64,000 bases of DNA. Origin: an uncultured Planctomycetota bacterium. GTDB taxonomy: Bacteria > Planctomycetota > Planctomycetia > Isosphaerales > Isosphaeraceae. A program made the translations under genes and the position numbers. A model generated the notes under the pieces. It ran no database searches. It saw nothing but the letters and a program-made list of their open reading frames with translations, and was not told the origin of the DNA. This document shows positions 1 to 14,871 of this stretch, piece after piece; the stretch's first letter is position 1, and every line of letters begins with the position of its first letter. Location: positions 928,001 through 992,000 of the forward strand of contig CAWGMQ010000007.1 of the NCBI GenBank assembly GCA_963823665.1, in the 5' to 3' direction.

Positions 1-452
1 CAAGTGAAGCGGCGATCGTGCACGACTGGCCGGGTGATCCACGGCATATTCTGCGGGTCCTTCAAGCTGCCATACCGCTTCCGGCCGAGTCGCGGACGCC
101 GGAGGAGTGGACGATTCTGATCGAGGCGGCGGAGCCGGGCTGGGTGATCGTCAGCCAGGTTGGCGACCCGCAGTGGAAAGTACAAGCCATCGATGAGGAT
201 GGCTCCTCAAAGACGGACAGCGAAATCTTGCCGGCGTTTCGTCGAGCGGGTGAGCCCTTGGGCTGGCAATGCGTGGCGATTCCTGGCGCGGGCCGCTGGA
301 CCTTGCGGCTGGAGTACGAAGCGAATGACGTGCTGGTTGGCTTGACGATCTCGTTGATCGCGTGGACCGGGTGGCTCGTCGTCGTGCTGCGCGCGGGTTA
401 TGACATGTGGCGCAGTACGGTCAGGACGATGGCCAACACGACGGAGGCTTGA
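1..452 (+). CDS. 3' part of a membrane-anchored protein (YfhO-like C-terminus), truncated by window edge
   Basis: Open frame from the window edge; ...[12 protein letters not shown]...[14 protein letters not shown] followed by a TM helix resembles YfhO-family C-termini. Confidence 0.4.
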   Translation, partial: SEAAIVHDWPGDPRHILRVLQAAIPLPAESRTPEEWTILIEAAEPGWVIVSQVGDPQWKVQAIDEDGSSKTDSEILPAFRRAGEPLGWQCVAIPGAGRWTLRLEYEANDVLVGLTISLIAWTGWLVVVLRAGYDMWRSTVRTMANTTEA

Positions 453-453
453 A

Positions 454-1482
454 GTGACGACCAAGATCGGTGTGGCGCTCGTGGGCGCTTCGGGATATGC
501 GGCGCGCGAGTTGATTCGAATCATGGCGGGCCATCCGCATGCGGAGCTCACCGTTGCGACTTCGCGCAGCGAAGAGGACCGCCTCGAGGCACTGCATCCG
601 AGCCTGGCCCGGCGAACGAATCTGCGGTGCGAGCCGTTTGATGCCGCGCGGCTGGCTGCGCGGGCGGCTTACGCTTTTCTGGCGCTGCCGCATACGGCGA
701 GCATGACCATCGTTCCGGAACTTCGCGGGCGCGGGGTGCGCGTGATCGACCTGAGTGCGGACTATCGCCTCGCCGATGCTCAGGTCTACGAGGACTGGTA
801 TGGTCATGCGCACACGGATGCAGGCAGGCTTAGTGAGGCGGTGTACGGTCTTCCCGAGCTCTATCGGGAGCAGATTCCCTCGGCCGGCCTGATCGCCAAC
901 CCGGGATGCTACACTTCGGCGAGCATTCTGGCGCTGGCACCGCTGGTGGAGGAGGACCGGATCGAGCGGGCGGGGATCATCATTGACGCCAAGAGCGGGG
1001 TTTCCGGCGCAGGGCGTTCGCCCAAGCTGACGACGCATTTCCCCGAATGCAACGAGAGTCTCTCGGCGTACAGCGTGGGCCGGCACCGGCATACGCCGGA
1101 GATCGACCAGGTCTTGACCGAGGTGGCACACGGCCGCGGCGAGAAGGTGGAGGTCATCTTCACGCCTCACCTGGTTCCGATGGACCGGGGAATCCTGGCG
1201 ACGATCTACGCCGTGCCGAAAGGCCACGTGCCGGTCGAGCACGAGCTGATCGAGCTTTATCGGAAGTACTATGTGCAAAGCCCGTTTGTGCGGATCGTCG
1301 AGCATTTGCCGGCGACCAAGGATTCGGCGTGGACGAATTACTGCGACATCACCGTGCGGGTTGTACGGGGCCGGATTCTCGTTCTGTCGTGTCTCGACAA
1401 TCTCGTCAAGGGGGCGGCCGGCGTGGCGGTGCAGAACCTGAACTTGATGATCGGGTGCGCGGAGGAGACGGGGCTGATCTGA
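454..1482 (+). CDS. argC: N-acetyl-gamma-glutamyl-phosphate reductase
   Basis: GASGY Rossmann motif, IANPGCY catalytic Cys, [26 protein letters not shown] start at 454. Confidence 0.96.
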   Translation: MTTKIGVALVGASGYAARELIRIMAGHPHAELTVATSRSEEDRLEALHPSLARRTNLRCEPFDAARLAARAAYAFLALPHTASMTIVPELRGRGVRVIDLSADYRLADAQVYEDWYGHAHTDAGRLSEAVYGLPELYREQIPSAGLIANPGCYTSASILALAPLVEEDRIERAGIIIDAKSGVSGAGRSPKLTTHFPECNESLSAYSVGRHRHTPEIDQVLTEVAHGRGEKVEVIFTPHLVPMDRGILATIYAVPKGHVPVEHELIELYRKYYVQSPFVRIVEHLPATKDSAWTNYCDITVRVVRGRILVLSCLDNLVKGAAGVAVQNLNLMIGCAEETGLI

Positions 1483-1678
1483 ATGGGGCGGAGGACGGAG
1501 GACGGAGAGGCCGCGTGGATCGCTTCTGCGTGCCGTCTCAGTCGATCCATAATAAATGACGCGACGGAACGAACAGCTTTGCGAATCGCCAAGGTGCAAG
1601 CGCCGCGACCTCTGGCGAAGTCGATCGCCTGCACGTGTTTCAACCCGCCAACCAGAGCCAGAAACGGGAGCTCTTGCC

Positions 1679-3343
1679 GTGTCTGATGGCCTCAAGCGCG
1701 TTTACGGGATCGACCTGGGTACGACTTACTCGGCGATCGCGTATGTTGACGAGCATGGGAAGCCCGTCATCGTTCCGAATCAAGAAAGTGAGCGGATCAC
1801 TCCTTCCGTCGTTCTATTCGATGGTGAGAACGTGATCGTGGGAAACACCGCCAAGGAGTCGGCCAAGGTTGAGCCCGATCGCGTCGTTTCGCGGATCAAA
1901 CAGAGTATGGGCGATCCCAATTTTGTGTTCCACCACGACGGGCAGTCGTACAGCCCCGAAGACATCTCCTCGTTCATCCTGCGCAAGGTGGTCGGGGATG
2001 CTGAGATTGCCCTTGGCGACAAGATCAGTGATGTTGTGATCACTTGTCCGGCCTACTTCGGGACTTCCGAGCGTGAGGCGACGGCGAACGCCGGCCGGCT
2101 TGCCGGGTTAAACGTCCGGGCCATCTTGAACGAGCCGACGGCGGCCGCGATTGCTTACGGGCTCGAGCAGGGTGAGGACCAGATCGTGCTGGTGTACGAC
2201 CTGGGCGGCGGCACATTTGACATCACGATGATCGAGATCAAGGACCGGTTGATCCGGGTTATCTGCACCGGCGGCGATCATCGCCTGGGGGGTGTGCTGT
2301 GGGACGAGGCGATCGTCTTGTACCTGGCGGAGCAGTTCAAGACCCAGACGGGCGAGGAAGGGGACCCGCTCGACGATTCCGAGGTCCTGAATGATCTGTT
2401 CCTTCAGGCCGAGCGAGGCAAGAAGACGCTTTCGCAGCGCGAGAAAGCGCCGTTCCGGGTGACGCACGCGGGGCATCAGGCACGGGTGGAGCTCGATCGC
2501 GCCAAGTTCGAGGAAATCACGAAGCACTTGCTCGACCGCACGATCGAGCTGACCCGCGAAATGCTGGCCGATGCCCGCGGCAAGGGATACGCGCAGTTCG
2601 ACAAAGTGATCCTGGTGGGGGGCGCGACGCGGATGCCGCAGGTTCGCGACCGGCTGGTTGCGGAGCTGAACATCGAGCCGGAGATTTACGACCCTGACGA
2701 GGCTATTGCCAAGGGGGCCGCACTGTACGCGCTCAAGGAATCGCTGCTGGACCACGTGGAGGATTTCCTGGCGACGCGGACCACCGCCGCCGGTAAACCT
2801 GCCGGGCCGGTCGACATGAGCGAGATTTCCGAGGAAGAGGTTGCGCAGGCGCTCGATCACCTCGAGAAATCGCTGGGCCTGACGTTGACCGGGCCGGTGC
2901 GCGAGCTGGTGAGCACGCGGATTGTGAACGTGCTGTCCAAGAGCCTGGGGGTGATCGCGCGGAACGAGCAGAGCCTCGACGTCGTGTGTTACCTGCTGCC
3001 GAGGAACTCGGAGGTGCCGCTGGAGCGGATGACGGATTTCGGCACCGATTCGGAGAACCAGTCGGCTGTTGATATCCGGGTGATGTCGGGCGAGCGCGAC
3101 AGCCCGGACCCGCTCGACTGCCAGGAAGTCGGTGTGGCGTCGCTCTCGCTTCCTGACCGGCTGCCGGCGCACAGCCCGATTCGCGTCAAGTTCGCGATCA
3201 GCAAGGACGGACGGCTGGGCGTTTCAGCCACCGACTTGACGGGCGGGGGCTCGATCGACGTCGAGTTCCAGACCGAGGCCGTGATGAACGCGGAGGAGGT
3301 TGCGGAGAGGTCGACGGCGCTGCGATTATTGAATGTGTCGTGA
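1679..3343 (+). CDS. Hsp70-family protein (non-canonical, lacks helical lid)
   Basis: [33 protein letters not shown] start after GGGAG; ends shortly after the beta substrate-binding domain. Confidence 0.9.
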   Translation: MSDGLKRVYGIDLGTTYSAIAYVDEHGKPVIVPNQESERITPSVVLFDGENVIVGNTAKESAKVEPDRVVSRIKQSMGDPNFVFHHDGQSYSPEDISSFILRKVVGDAEIALGDKISDVVITCPAYFGTSEREATANAGRLAGLNVRAILNEPTAAAIAYGLEQGEDQIVLVYDLGGGTFDITMIEIKDRLIRVICTGGDHRLGGVLWDEAIVLYLAEQFKTQTGEEGDPLDDSEVLNDLFLQAERGKKTLSQREKAPFRVTHAGHQARVELDRAKFEEITKHLLDRTIELTREMLADARGKGYAQFDKVILVGGATRMPQVRDRLVAELNIEPEIYDPDEAIAKGAALYALKESLLDHVEDFLATRTTAAGKPAGPVDMSEISEEEVAQALDHLEKSLGLTLTGPVRELVSTRIVNVLSKSLGVIARNEQSLDVVCYLLPRNSEVPLERMTDFGTDSENQSAVDIRVMSGERDSPDPLDCQEVGVASLSLPDRLPAHSPIRVKFAISKDGRLGVSATDLTGGGSIDVEFQTEAVMNAEEVAERSTALRLLNVS

Positions 3344-3351
3344 GAGACCTG

Positions 3352-5478
<2,127 letters not shown>

Positions 5479-5482
<4 letters not shown>

Positions 5483-6425
5483 GCCGAGCGACCTTACCAG
5501 GCCCGGTCACGCCGCCGCCGGTGCCGCCGCCATTACCGGCGGCTCCATCGGTTGCGGCGCGACCGAAGGTTCGAACCGCCCGGGCCAATTTGCGGCAAGC
5601 GTATGACCTGGCGATCATGGGGGGAGCCGGCGCGCTCGTCGGGCTGTTCCTTTACGTCGAGATGGTTGGCGCCGGATCGGTGTATGTGCGCGATGTGTGG
5701 GCCGGGCTCTTGATTGGTGGGTCGCTGGGAGTTTTTTTGAACGCATACGGCCCGGCTCGGGACGGGGCCTGGCTCAAGATGGCGCGTGCGATCGCGTGGG
5801 GGGCACCTGCGGCGGCCGTGGGTGGTGCGCTCGGGCTACTGGCGGGCGAGGTGGTCATCGGCCTCTTGCGCGGGGGGCTGCTGGGCGCACACTCTCCTGG
5901 GCTGTGCTGGGGCTGGGGATCGGGCTAGGGCAGGGGCTGGCAGACCGATCTCGAGAGCGCCTGGTGTACGGACTCTACGGCGGTGGCATCGGCGGCTTTG
6001 CCGGCGGCTTCCTGTTCGAGTCGCTGCGGAGCACGTTTTCGAACCGCACGGAGATCAGCCAGGCCGTGGGGATCGTGCTTCTGGGGGCAGGGTTGGGTTT
6101 GTGCCTGGCGCTTGTTGAGCAGGTGTTGAGGCGAGCATGGGTTCAAGTTCAGAGCGGACGGCAGGAGGGTCGCATCTATCTGCTGGCTCACCCGCGCTGC
6201 CGGCTGGGATTGGACGAGCGAGCGGAGATCGGCATTTTCGGTGACCCGGCGGTTGCTCGCCGGCACGCCGAGATCGAGTCGACGCCGCGGGGCTATGTCT
6301 TGCGCCACCTGGCGGGGCAGGGCAATACCCGCGTCAACGGCGGTGCGGTCGCCGCGGAGCGGCTGCTGCAGGATGGGGACCGCATCGAGCTGGGACATAC
6401 GCTCCTGGTCTTCCGGCATCGCTGA
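5479..6425 (+). CDS. Multi-pass membrane protein with C-terminal FHA domain (frameshift near 5890)
   Basis: Gly-rich TM helices, then DPAVARRHAEI...TRVNG...LQDGDRIELG; ATGA overlap with upstream gene. Confidence 0.75.
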
Positions 6426-6441
6426 GACCACAAAGGGAGAG

Positions 6442-7998
6442 ATGGCACGCCTCATGAACTCGTCGCCCGTAAGTCCGGCACGCCAGCCGCTCGTTCAAAC
6501 GGGCCGCTGGCTAGTTGAAATCGTGCGCAGGCGCGAAGTCGGCCGCGCTTTGCGCTAGAGTCTGGCGAGACGGTGGTCGGCAATGCCCTGAACGGCCAGG
6601 CCGGCCTTGATCTTCGCGAGCAGGAGGGAACCTCAACGCGTCGCATGGCCGGCCGCCATGCCTCGTTCGCATGCTCGGGACATGATATCTCGATTCGCGA
6701 TCTGGAAAGCCCCGGCGGCACATTTGTGAACCAGCAGAGGTTGTTATCCGGGCAGCCGAGAAAACTATCGGCGGGTGATGTGATTCAGCTTGGCGGCGTG
6801 CAGCTCAAGGTGAAAGAGTCGAGCCCGACAAGAGTGTCGGACGCACGGGTGGTGGCGGGGAATCCGGCGGGAGTGTCGGACCCACGGGTGGTGGCGGAGA
6901 CACGGGGTCAGCCGGCGGGGTCCGTGTCGGGCGGGCGGCTACTCTCTTCGTTTTCCATGGCGAATGGAGCGCAGTGCCGGACGTGGGAGGACTTCCTCAT
7001 CCTTTCCGCCCAGAGCTGGGCGAACGTACGCGATGAACTGGTCTCGGGCAGGCTGGCTGAATACCTTCGCCGGATCGGGCGGACGGAGCTGATTCCGCTC
7101 CCGGCGCCAGGTCATCCGCCGGATGAGCGGCTTGACGAGTGGCTGGCGCGCATTCCGGCCAATCAGTCGAGCGCTCCGGAGCTCGACGTGCATCCCGAAA
7201 CGCTTCTGGTGCAGGCGAAAATGGGGGGCGGCGTTGCGAGGCTTTCGCTGCGAATCACCAACGTCGGCTTTCGGCTGTTGCGGAGCAGCTTGCGGATCGA
7301 GCCGGCGGACGCGCGGTGGGTGCGGCTGCTCGCAGGGGGAGACGGCAAGGCGTTTCCGACGATCGACCAGACCGAGATCCCGGTCGAGCTCGAGCTTCCG
7401 GAAACCATCGATCGGGTGTTACGCGCAGCGATCGTCATCGAGAGCAACGGCGGCACGCGCCGGGTCGAGGTTCGGATCGAGCGGCCGGCTGACACGCTGG
7501 CTGAGGCCGAGCCGGCGGTGGGGTCGGCGGTTCAGGAAATGCCGATGCTAGCCAGGCAGCTCAGAGAGCGGCTGGCGCGGGTGAGTCTGATTGCGCGGGT
7601 GGTCGTTTGTGGAGGAGGCGCGGCTGGGGTTCGGCTGCTCGTCGCGCTCTTCGAGCGCACTACCGATCGGCGGCGCAGGCAGCAGTGTCGCGGAGCCGCG
7701 GATCGCGGCCGTTGCGCTTTTGACCGTGGGTCTCGGCGTGCTGTGGGGCTTGATCCTGGCCAAACGCCGCGGCGAGGCGCGTGACCTTGTGACCGGAGGA
7801 GTGGCGGGGGGCTTGCTCGGCTTGCTGTCGTCCGCGCCGTTATTCTCGCTGCTCCAGAGTGCGGAGCGCGTTCTGGGCTCGTGGTCGACATCGGTCGCTG
7901 CCGTTTGTCTCTTTTAGGGCGCAGCCGGTGCGGTCGTTGCGCTGCTCTCGAAGTTCCTTGTTCCACACCGCCAGGAAGATCGGCAGGAGAGCCGCTGA
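6442..7998 (+). CDS. N-terminal FHA domain protein with a beta-sandwich domain and C-terminal TM helices (frameshifts near 6550 and 7650, in-frame stop at 7915)
   Basis: RHA...IRDLESPGGTFVN...LSAGDVIQLG FHA signature; hydrophobic C-terminus; joined across three frames. Confidence 0.7.
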
Positions 7999-10154
7999 TG
8001 GCCAGGTACTTGGCGATCGTGCTTGCTGTTCTCTGTCTGGCCGCTGGGGCTCGTGGCCAGACCCAGGCGCCGCGCGACGAGGAGATCGCGCGGGCGATCG
8101 CCAGGGGCGTTATATTCCTCAAAGCGGCGCAGGGCGATAACGGTGAATGGCGGTACGGCGAGCAGCCTCAGCACAGCCTTGGCATGACGGCACTGGCCGG
8201 GCTTGCGCTGCTGGAGAACGGCATTGCCCGCGACGCGCGCGAGATCAGCAAGGCGCGCGAGATCGTGGCGACCCAGGCTCGCGAGTCGAATCAAACGTAT
8301 GATCTGGCGCTGGCGATTCTCTTTCTGGCGCGATGCCAGCAGACGCGAACGAGGCAGGACGATTCGTTGATTCAGTTGCTCGGGCGGCGGTTGGCGCACG
8401 GCGATCACGGGGGGATCTGGGACTACTCGGTTCCGATCAGCGAGGAGGAGGCGACGCCGGAGTCACCGGGCTCGCGGCGCGGCGGACGCGGGCGGGCGGC
8501 ACGGATCAATCGCAATTCTGGCGGCGCGGGCGACAACTCGAACACGCAGTTTGCGCTGCTGGGTCTCTGGGCGGCCGGCCGGCATGGATTTGATTCGGAC
8601 GAAACGCTTGAATCGATCGACGGGCACTTTCGTTCGAGCCAGCTTCGCGACGGACGTTGGGGTTACCGGAACAACATGCAAGGGTCGGAGGCCATGTCGT
8701 GCGCGGGGCTGATGGGCCTGGCGATCGCCGCTTCGCGGCCGAGCCTGGCGGAGCGGCAGACCGCGCGGCGCGGGGAGCGGCACTGGCTGCGGATCCCGCA
8801 TTCCAGGCGGCCTTGCGCGCCGTGGGCCAGGACGCCCGGCGGGCCGGGGAGCATTCGGACATCTACTATCTCTGGTCGCTCGAGCGTGTGTGCGTGGCGC
8901 TTGGACTGCGGTCGCTCGATGGATTTGACTGGTACGCCCACGGCGCAGCGGATCTTGCTCGAGCGACAGGAGAGCGACGGGGGCTGGCCGAGCGATCGTT
9001 GGGGCAGACTGCCGAGCACCGCACTCGCCTTGCTCTTCCTGCGAAAGGCCAACCTCGCCTTCGAGATCGATCGGGTGCTGCGGTTGCCCGGACGGAGCAT
9101 CGAGGTGGCCGCGGTGGCAACGCGTACGCGGGAGCCCGAGCCGCTGGGCCCGTCGACCGAGGCTCAGGCGGCCTCGAGCACGCGGCCGGACGACTCGGGC
9201 AGCACTGCGGGTGCTGATCAAGTGAAGGTGATCGTCACCGGCGCCAGTCAGCAGGCGTTTCCGCGGATCGCGGTTCAGTTCGAAGTGAAGCGATCAGACG
9301 GCTCTTTCTTGCTCGACGCCGGGCGCGACGACTTTCGCGTGACCGAAGAGGGACGCGACGTCCCAGTGGTCGAGTTTCAGGCGCCGCAGAACAAGGAGGC
9401 GATTGCCACGACGGTCGTTCTGGTCGTTGACCGTAGCCTGAGCATGGAGGAGGAAGACCGGATCGGCGGATTGAAAACGGCGGTGCGCTCGTTTCTCGAA
9501 AAACTGCCGGAGGGCTCCAAGGTTGCCTTGATTGCGTTCGGGAGTGATGTCGACCGGCTGACTGATTTCACGACTGACCGCGCCAGTTGCAGCAAGCTGT
9601 CGATGCGCTCAAGCCGGACGGCGCGACGCGGTTCTACGACGCGGTTGCGGAGGGGCTCAAGCTGCTCGACCGCGAATCAGGCCGGCGGGTTGTACTGGCG
9701 CTCACGGACGGCGAGGACACGTTCAGCCAGGACGCAACGCTCGAATCCGTGATCGCGTCGGGACAGCGGCTGGGCCTACCGGTTTACACGCTCGGGCTGG
9801 GAACGGAAGAGGAGATCGAGAGCGGCGACCTGCGCCGGCTAGCCACGTCGACGCGAGGACAGTACTATCCCGCACGGAACGCCGGCGAGCTGCGCGATCT
9901 ATGAACAGATTGCCGAGCGGATACGGTCGAGCTACTCGATGGTCTATCAGAGTGACCGGAAACTCGCCGACGGCACGCTTCGGCCGGTTCGCATTTTTTA
10001 CCGCGGCAGCAAGACGGCGGCCGGAGAGACGGCGATCTTCATTCCGGGCATGGTGGTGCCGGCCGGCGGGTGGGCGCTGCTTTTTCTCGGGCTGCTGTGC
10101 GTGCTGGGGGCGTTGATTGTGCTGCCCTCACGGATGGCGCGCCGGGCGGGTTAA
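7998..10154 (+). CDS. Secreted, membrane-anchored protein with prenyltransferase/squalene-cyclase-like repeats and a vWA domain (several frameshifts)
   Basis: Signal peptide; QGDNGEW, QLRDGRWGY, QESDGGW repeats; DNSNTQFALLGL; DRSLS MIDAS and LTDG; C-terminal TM helix. Confidence 0.75.
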
Positions 10155-10188
10155 GTGGTTTTGCGAATTGTGCACCCTGGCGCGAGGA

Positions 10189-10221
10189 CCCTCACCCCGG
10201 CCCTCTCCCGGAGGGAGAGGG
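10189..10221. repeat. REP-like palindrome between convergent genes (possible terminator)
   Basis: CCCTCACCCCGG CCCTCTCCC-GGA-GGGAGAGGG perfect 9-bp stem. Confidence 0.65.
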
Positions 10222-10300
10222 AGCGATAAGTCGGCGTGTTGGCTTTCGCAACGCGTGACGCTCCGTGTCGCGTTTGGAATTCGCAGACGCCTTCTTCGCA

Positions 10301-11743
10301 TCAGGGCGCGCTACTCAGGAGCCAGGGGATGCCGACGGCCAGCAGGGTGAGCAGATAGATCAGGCCGAAGGTCAATCCGAGAACCCAGAAATCCTTGCGT
10401 GGGATGAAGCCGCTGCCGAAGTAGACCGGAGCCGGGCCGGTGGCGTAGGGCGTGATGACGCCCATCAGACCGATCGAATAAACCAACAGCAGTGCGAGGA
10501 CGCGGACAGGCATTCCGGGAAATGCGGCCCCGGCGGCCAGGATTGCGGGGAGGACAGCCATCGTGTGGGCGGTGAGGCTCGCGAACATGTAGTGGACGAG
10601 GTAGAAGAAAGACACCAGCACGAGGATCGCCATGACCGGGCTTGCGCCGACGATCAATCCGGATATTCCTTGAGACGCCCAGGCCACGATCCCCACGCGC
10701 TCCAATCCCTCGGCGAGAGCCAGCAGCGTTGCGAAGTAGATCAGGGTGTCCCAGGCGGCGCGGTTGCCGATCACATCATCCCATTCGAGCACCCGAGTGA
10801 CGATGAGGAGTGCGATCACGGCGAGGATCACCGTCGTTGGACTGATCCAGTCCCCGCCGAAGAGCCACATCGAGAACGCGACGAGGATCAGAAGACACAT
10901 CACGACCTCCTTGCGCGACGGCCGGCCCATGCGGGCCAGCTCTTCGCTCGCCCAGGTGGATACCTCGTGACTCGCTCGGATTTCCGGCGGATAGATCAGG
11001 TAGATGAGCAAGGGCAGCGGCAGGATGAGCAGAAGACCGATGGGCAGAAAGCCGGTCGTCCACTGGGACCAGGTGAGGTCAATTCCGGTCGTCTTGCGGA
11101 CGATTCCGAGCGCGAGGAGATTCGGCCCCAGCGCCGTCAGGAACATCGAGCTCGTGACCGCGGTTGAGGCGAAGGCTGTCCACATCAGGTAAGCGCCGAT
11201 CCGCCGGGCGGTCGGGCCCGGCGCAGAGTCGTAGAGCGCGGGAATGCCGCGGATGATCGGGAAGATCACGCCGGCGCTTCGGCCTGTGTTGGAGGGCGTG
11301 AATGGTGCGATCGCGAGGTCGGCCAGCATCACCGCGTAGCCGAGGCCGAGCGTTCGCTTGCCCATCGAGGCGACGAGCGAGAGGGCAATCCGTCGTCCGA
11401 GGCCGGTTTTGTCGTAACCTCTTGCGAACACGAGCGCGCCGAAGATGAGCCAGACGGTGACGTCCGAGAAACCTCCCAATCCCCACTGGATCGCCTCGGC
11501 GGGCTTGGGCGAGATATAGCCGAACGCGGTGGCGAGCGTCATGCCGAGTAAACCGACGGCTGCGGGAGGGATCGGCTCGAGAACCAGTGCGACGATCACG
11601 GCCGTGAACAGACCTAGATAGCTCCAAGCGTTTTGCGAGAGGGCGGTGGGATGAGGGAGCAGGGCGATCACGGGCCATACCACGAGAGGCGCTGCGGATC
11701 GCCAGACGCGTGTCATCGTGTGTTTGGTCACCGGGGAAGTCAT
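10301..11743 (-). CDS. DASS family di/tricarboxylate or anion transporter (CitT/TtdT-like)
   Basis: KTGLGRRIAL, PFTPSNTGRSAG, SSMFLT...PN, HYMFASLTAH, TPYATGPAPVYFG. Confidence 0.9.
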   Translation of the reverse strand: MTSPVTKHTMTRVWRSAAPLVVWPVIALLPHPTALSQNAWSYLGLFTAVIVALVLEPIPPAAVGLLGMTLATAFGYISPKPAEAIQWGLGGFSDVTVWLIFGALVFARGYDKTGLGRRIALSLVASMGKRTLGLGYAVMLADLAIAPFTPSNTGRSAGVIFPIIRGIPALYDSAPGPTARRIGAYLMWTAFASTAVTSSMFLTALGPNLLALGIVRKTTGIDLTWSQWTTGFLPIGLLLILPLPLLIYLIYPPEIRASHEVSTWASEELARMGRPSRKEVVMCLLILVAFSMWLFGGDWISPTTVILAVIALLIVTRVLEWDDVIGNRAAWDTLIYFATLLALAEGLERVGIVAWASQGISGLIVGASPVMAILVLVSFFYLVHYMFASLTAHTMAVLPAILAAGAAFPGMPVRVLALLLVYSIGLMGVITPYATGPAPVYFGSGFIPRKDFWVLGLTFGLIYLLTLLAVGIPWLLSSAP

Positions 11744-11767
11744 CTCGCGGGCATTTCGCTTTGTGGC

Positions 11768-13105
11768 TTACTCGCTGCGCTTTGAACCGCTTCGTTCCGA
11801 GAGGTAATCTCGACCTTGAAACTGCTCGGGAAGGCAGGGCATTTCGCGCCCGGCGGCGGGGTCGTCGTGAATGTAGCGGTAGCCTTGGCCGTAGCCGACT
11901 CCCTTCATGAGCGAGGTGACTGCGTTGCGGAGGTGGAGAGGCACCGGTTCGCGCGCCGAGGCGGTGGCATCGGCGGCGGCGGCCGTGTAGGCCTTCATCA
12001 CGAGGTTCGACTTGGGCGCGCGGGCCAGGTAGATGGTTGCCTGGGCCAGTGGAAAGAGTGCCTCGGGGAGACCGATCAGGTGGGTGATCTCTGCTGCTGC
12101 TGCGGCCTGCACTATGGCGTTCGCGTCGGCCAGGCCGACGTCTTCGGACGCGAGGATACATAGCCGTCGCGCGATGAAGACGGGGTCAGCGCCGCCTTCG
12201 ATCATTCTTGCTAGCCAGTACAAGGCGGCGCTCGAATCGGAGTTTCGCACGGATTTGATGAGGGCCGAGATCAAGTTGTAATGGTCTTCGCCCTGGCGAT
12301 CGTAGGCGAAGCGAGCGCGGCCGAGCGCCTCGACCAGGGTTGCTTCCGTGATGTGACGAGTGCCGTCTGGCGCCGGTGCGGTTGCTTCGACGGCATCCTC
12401 GAGCGCGGAAAGTGCGACGCGGGCGTCGCCGCCGGCCCAGCGAGCGAGCTTATCGATGAGATCAGGATCGACGCGTGGCTTCGCTTGCGCGAGGCCGCGG
12501 TCTTTGTCTTCGAGGGAGCGATTGAGGATCTTGGCGAGTTCTTCCGGCGCGAGTGGTTCGAGAACGACCACGCGGCAGCGAGAAAGCAGCGCGGAGTTTA
12601 CCTCGAATGATGGGTTCTCTGTGGTGGCGCCGATGAGCGTGATTGTGCCGTCTTCGACGGCACCCAAGAGCGCGTCTTGCTGCGCCTTGTTGAAGCGATG
12701 GATCTCGTCGATGAACAGGATGGTCGGGCGCGAGCGGCGCTGGCTTTTGCGGGCCTCTTCGATTGCGGCTCGAATGTCTTTCACGCCGGCGAGCACGGCG
12801 GAAATCGCGATGAATTCGGCGTTTTGATGTGCGGCGACCAGGCGGGCGAGCGTGGTCTTGCCGGAGCCGGGCGGGCCCCAGAGAATGAGCGATGACAGCT
12901 TGCCTTCGCGGCGAATGGCCGATCCGAGCAGGGATTTCTCGCCGACCACTGCCGATTGACCGACGAATTCGTCGAGGCGGCGAGGGCGCATGCGTTCGGC
13001 GAGCGGGGCGTCGGGGGCGGCCGGTGGCGGTTCGTCGGGCTCTTCGAACAGGCTGGCTGGGGCTTCCCGGGGCATGCGTGGGGTCTCGTGGGGGTTCGGC
13101 GGCAT
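11768..13105 (-). CDS. rarA: Replication-associated recombination protein A (MgsA/RarA AAA+ ATPase)
   Basis: [54 protein letters not shown]. Confidence 0.95.
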   Translation of the reverse strand: MPPNPHETPRMPREAPASLFEEPDEPPPAAPDAPLAERMRPRRLDEFVGQSAVVGEKSLLGSAIRREGKLSSLILWGPPGSGKTTLARLVAAHQNAEFIAISAVLAGVKDIRAAIEEARKSQRRSRPTILFIDEIHRFNKAQQDALLGAVEDGTITLIGATTENPSFEVNSALLSRCRVVVLEPLAPEELAKILNRSLEDKDRGLAQAKPRVDPDLIDKLARWAGGDARVALSALEDAVEATAPAPDGTRHITEATLVEALGRARFAYDRQGEDHYNLISALIKSVRNSDSSAALYWLARMIEGGADPVFIARRLCILASEDVGLADANAIVQAAAAAEITHLIGLPEALFPLAQATIYLARAPKSNLVMKAYTAAAADATASAREPVPLHLRNAVTSLMKGVGYGQGYRYIHDDPAAGREMPCLPEQFQGRDYLSERSGSKRSE

Positions 13106-13194
13106 CTGCGTGCGGGGTGGGTGGATCGCGGTGATAGTATACCAGGATGGGCGTGGGACGGATTAATCACTCACAGCGCGCATGGAGTACTTCC

Positions 13195-13584
13195 ATGGAT
13201 CAAGGCCCGTTGGTAGCTGAACAGATCGAGGCTGGGGCGAAGTTTCTCGCCGAATTTGAAAAGAAAACGCGCGTGTCGACGGCTTTCTGGCTGAGGACCG
13301 GCGAAGAAGACTCGTGGTATCTCTACATCGCATCTGATGAATGGAATGATACCAACCGTGACGTGTCCTATCGGGAGGTTCTGCGGATCGGTCGAGAACT
13401 TCGCGACTCCAATTTCGACCCGTTCCAGATGAAAGTCATCACGCTCAGCCATCCGCTTGCGAAGGGCGCGCTCGATTTTCAGCAACAGTTTTCCAGCAAG
13501 ACGGCGATGCGGCTGCGTGGACGGAATTTTGGCGGGTTTCCTGTCGATGAGTCTTATATTTGCCCGACTCCGATCGCGGTATAG
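13195..13584 (+). CDS. Hypothetical protein
   Basis: ATG preceded by GGAG; globular-looking 129-aa product. Confidence 0.65.
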   Translation: MDQGPLVAEQIEAGAKFLAEFEKKTRVSTAFWLRTGEEDSWYLYIASDEWNDTNRDVSYREVLRIGRELRDSNFDPFQMKVITLSHPLAKGALDFQQQFSSKTAMRLRGRNFGGFPVDESYICPTPIAV

Positions 13585-13675
13585 GATATCGGTGGGAGGA
13601 GAATTTCGCGGTCTGAGACCTCTTCCACGTTGGAACGGCGTCTCGCTACGTGAACCAGATTGAAGGATTCCGCTG

Positions 13676-14035
13676 ATGGGAAGCGAGTTCATCGACTTGA
13701 ATGCCCCGTCCTTACAGCGGACGCTGCCGGCGCTCCCCGCGGACTTGCCCCACGGCTTGCTTGCACCGCCCAAAGAGGTACGGGATTATGTTACGGCGCT
13801 GGACGAAAAGCTACTGAAGGAGCACTGGTTCAGGATGAACGAGGAGGCTAGGGTGCGGGAGCTGAATCTCCACACGCTGAACTACTACTTCGACTACTTG
13901 GGGCATGAGGTTAGCTACCGCGAGACACCGCAGGGACCGGAAGTGCTGGCGGTTGGTGATGAGGAGATCTTGGCGTTGACGATGGGCATGGGTTTGGAAG
14001 AGCAGTCGCGGCTACGGAGCTGGCTTCCCGGATGA
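13676..14035 (+). CDS. Hypothetical protein
   Basis: AAGGA upstream; plausible 119-aa product. Confidence 0.6.
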   Translation: MGSEFIDLNAPSLQRTLPALPADLPHGLLAPPKEVRDYVTALDEKLLKEHWFRMNEEARVRELNLHTLNYYFDYLGHEVSYRETPQGPEVLAVGDEEILALTMGMGLEEQSRLRSWLPG

Positions 14036-14045
14036 GTCGACTTCC

Positions 14046-14504
14046 CTACACAATTGTGGTCCATAGACGGGCATCGCAGTAGCGGGCGAGGTGGCCGACG
14101 TTCTGGGTTGCGACGATGATTTGATCACCCGGCTGGCCGATTGTTGCTGCGCAAGCTGCCAGGATAACGTCGGCATCGAGGGAGTCAGGCGAGGCAGTCG
14201 GTAAGCCGCGCTGGCGAGCGTCAGCCCAGAAAAGAGCGGCCAAGCGCCATTCCGCAGTCGTGATGGGAGCATACGTCATCTCGCCGGTGACGACCAAAGA
14301 ATCAAGTCGGTGAAGCGAACCGGCCGCCCCGATGCGGGGCAACTCGCGACGGACTTCGTAGTCGGCAATCTCCGGAACAATAATGTCGATTCCCCGCGCG
14401 AGCAAATTGTCAAGCCAGCGGCGGCACTGGTCACCCAGGAGGGTTCCACGGCGCCGACATGCTTGACCTAGTGGGCCGGAATCGAGAAGTACAAACTCCC
14501 TCAT
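14046..14504 (-). CDS. PIN-domain (VapC-like) toxin
   Basis: VLLDSGPL, PEIADYEVRRE, LDADVILAA, VATQNVGH acidic PIN pattern. Confidence 0.85.
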   Translation of the reverse strand: MREFVLLDSGPLGQACRRRGTLLGDQCRRWLDNLLARGIDIIVPEIADYEVRRELPRIGAAGSLHRLDSLVVTGEMTYAPITTAEWRLAALFWADARQRGLPTASPDSLDADVILAACAATIGQPGDQIIVATQNVGHLARYCDARLWTTIV

Positions 14505-14507
14505 GAG

Positions 14508-14793
14508 TCAGTAACACCCCTTGAAGACGGGCCGATGAGGACGAAGTTCGTCGATCGCCCGGATCCTCCTCGTCGGGTGGATCATCGGGATCGTTGGGGA
14601 TCTCAGCGATCTCGCGGAGTCGCCGCCGCGCTGATTCGAGTCGCTGCCGGCGCTCCTCCTCAGTCTCAAGCTTGAGCTTGCCGTCGGGCCCCAAGCCCGA
14701 AGGACGAAGACCGTGATCGTGCCGAGCTACGGGGTGGGAATAGCTTCCCGGTACGTCATTGTTGGGGAGTGGTCGATGCGCCTCGCTGTACAA
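14508..14793 (-). CDS. Probable cognate antitoxin (frameshift near 14560, start uncertain)
   Basis: Small charged ORF ending 3 nt before the PIN gene start. Confidence 0.5.
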
Positions 14794-14796
14794 AGA

Positions 14797-14825
14797 GCGG
14801 ACGGCACACGGAGTGTGCCTGCTAC
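14797..14825 (-). repeat. GTAG-type REP element
   Basis: Minus strand GTAG-CA-GGCACAC-TCC-GTGTGCC hairpin. Confidence 0.7.
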
Positions 14826-14871
14826 GGGTTAGGGCCCTGCCGGGGGCACGCCAGGCTTGGCTTGGTTCTGG

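Noticed and set aside
1679..3343. Canonical dnaK
   Set aside because: No lid domain, divergent linker and no grpE/dnaJ context.
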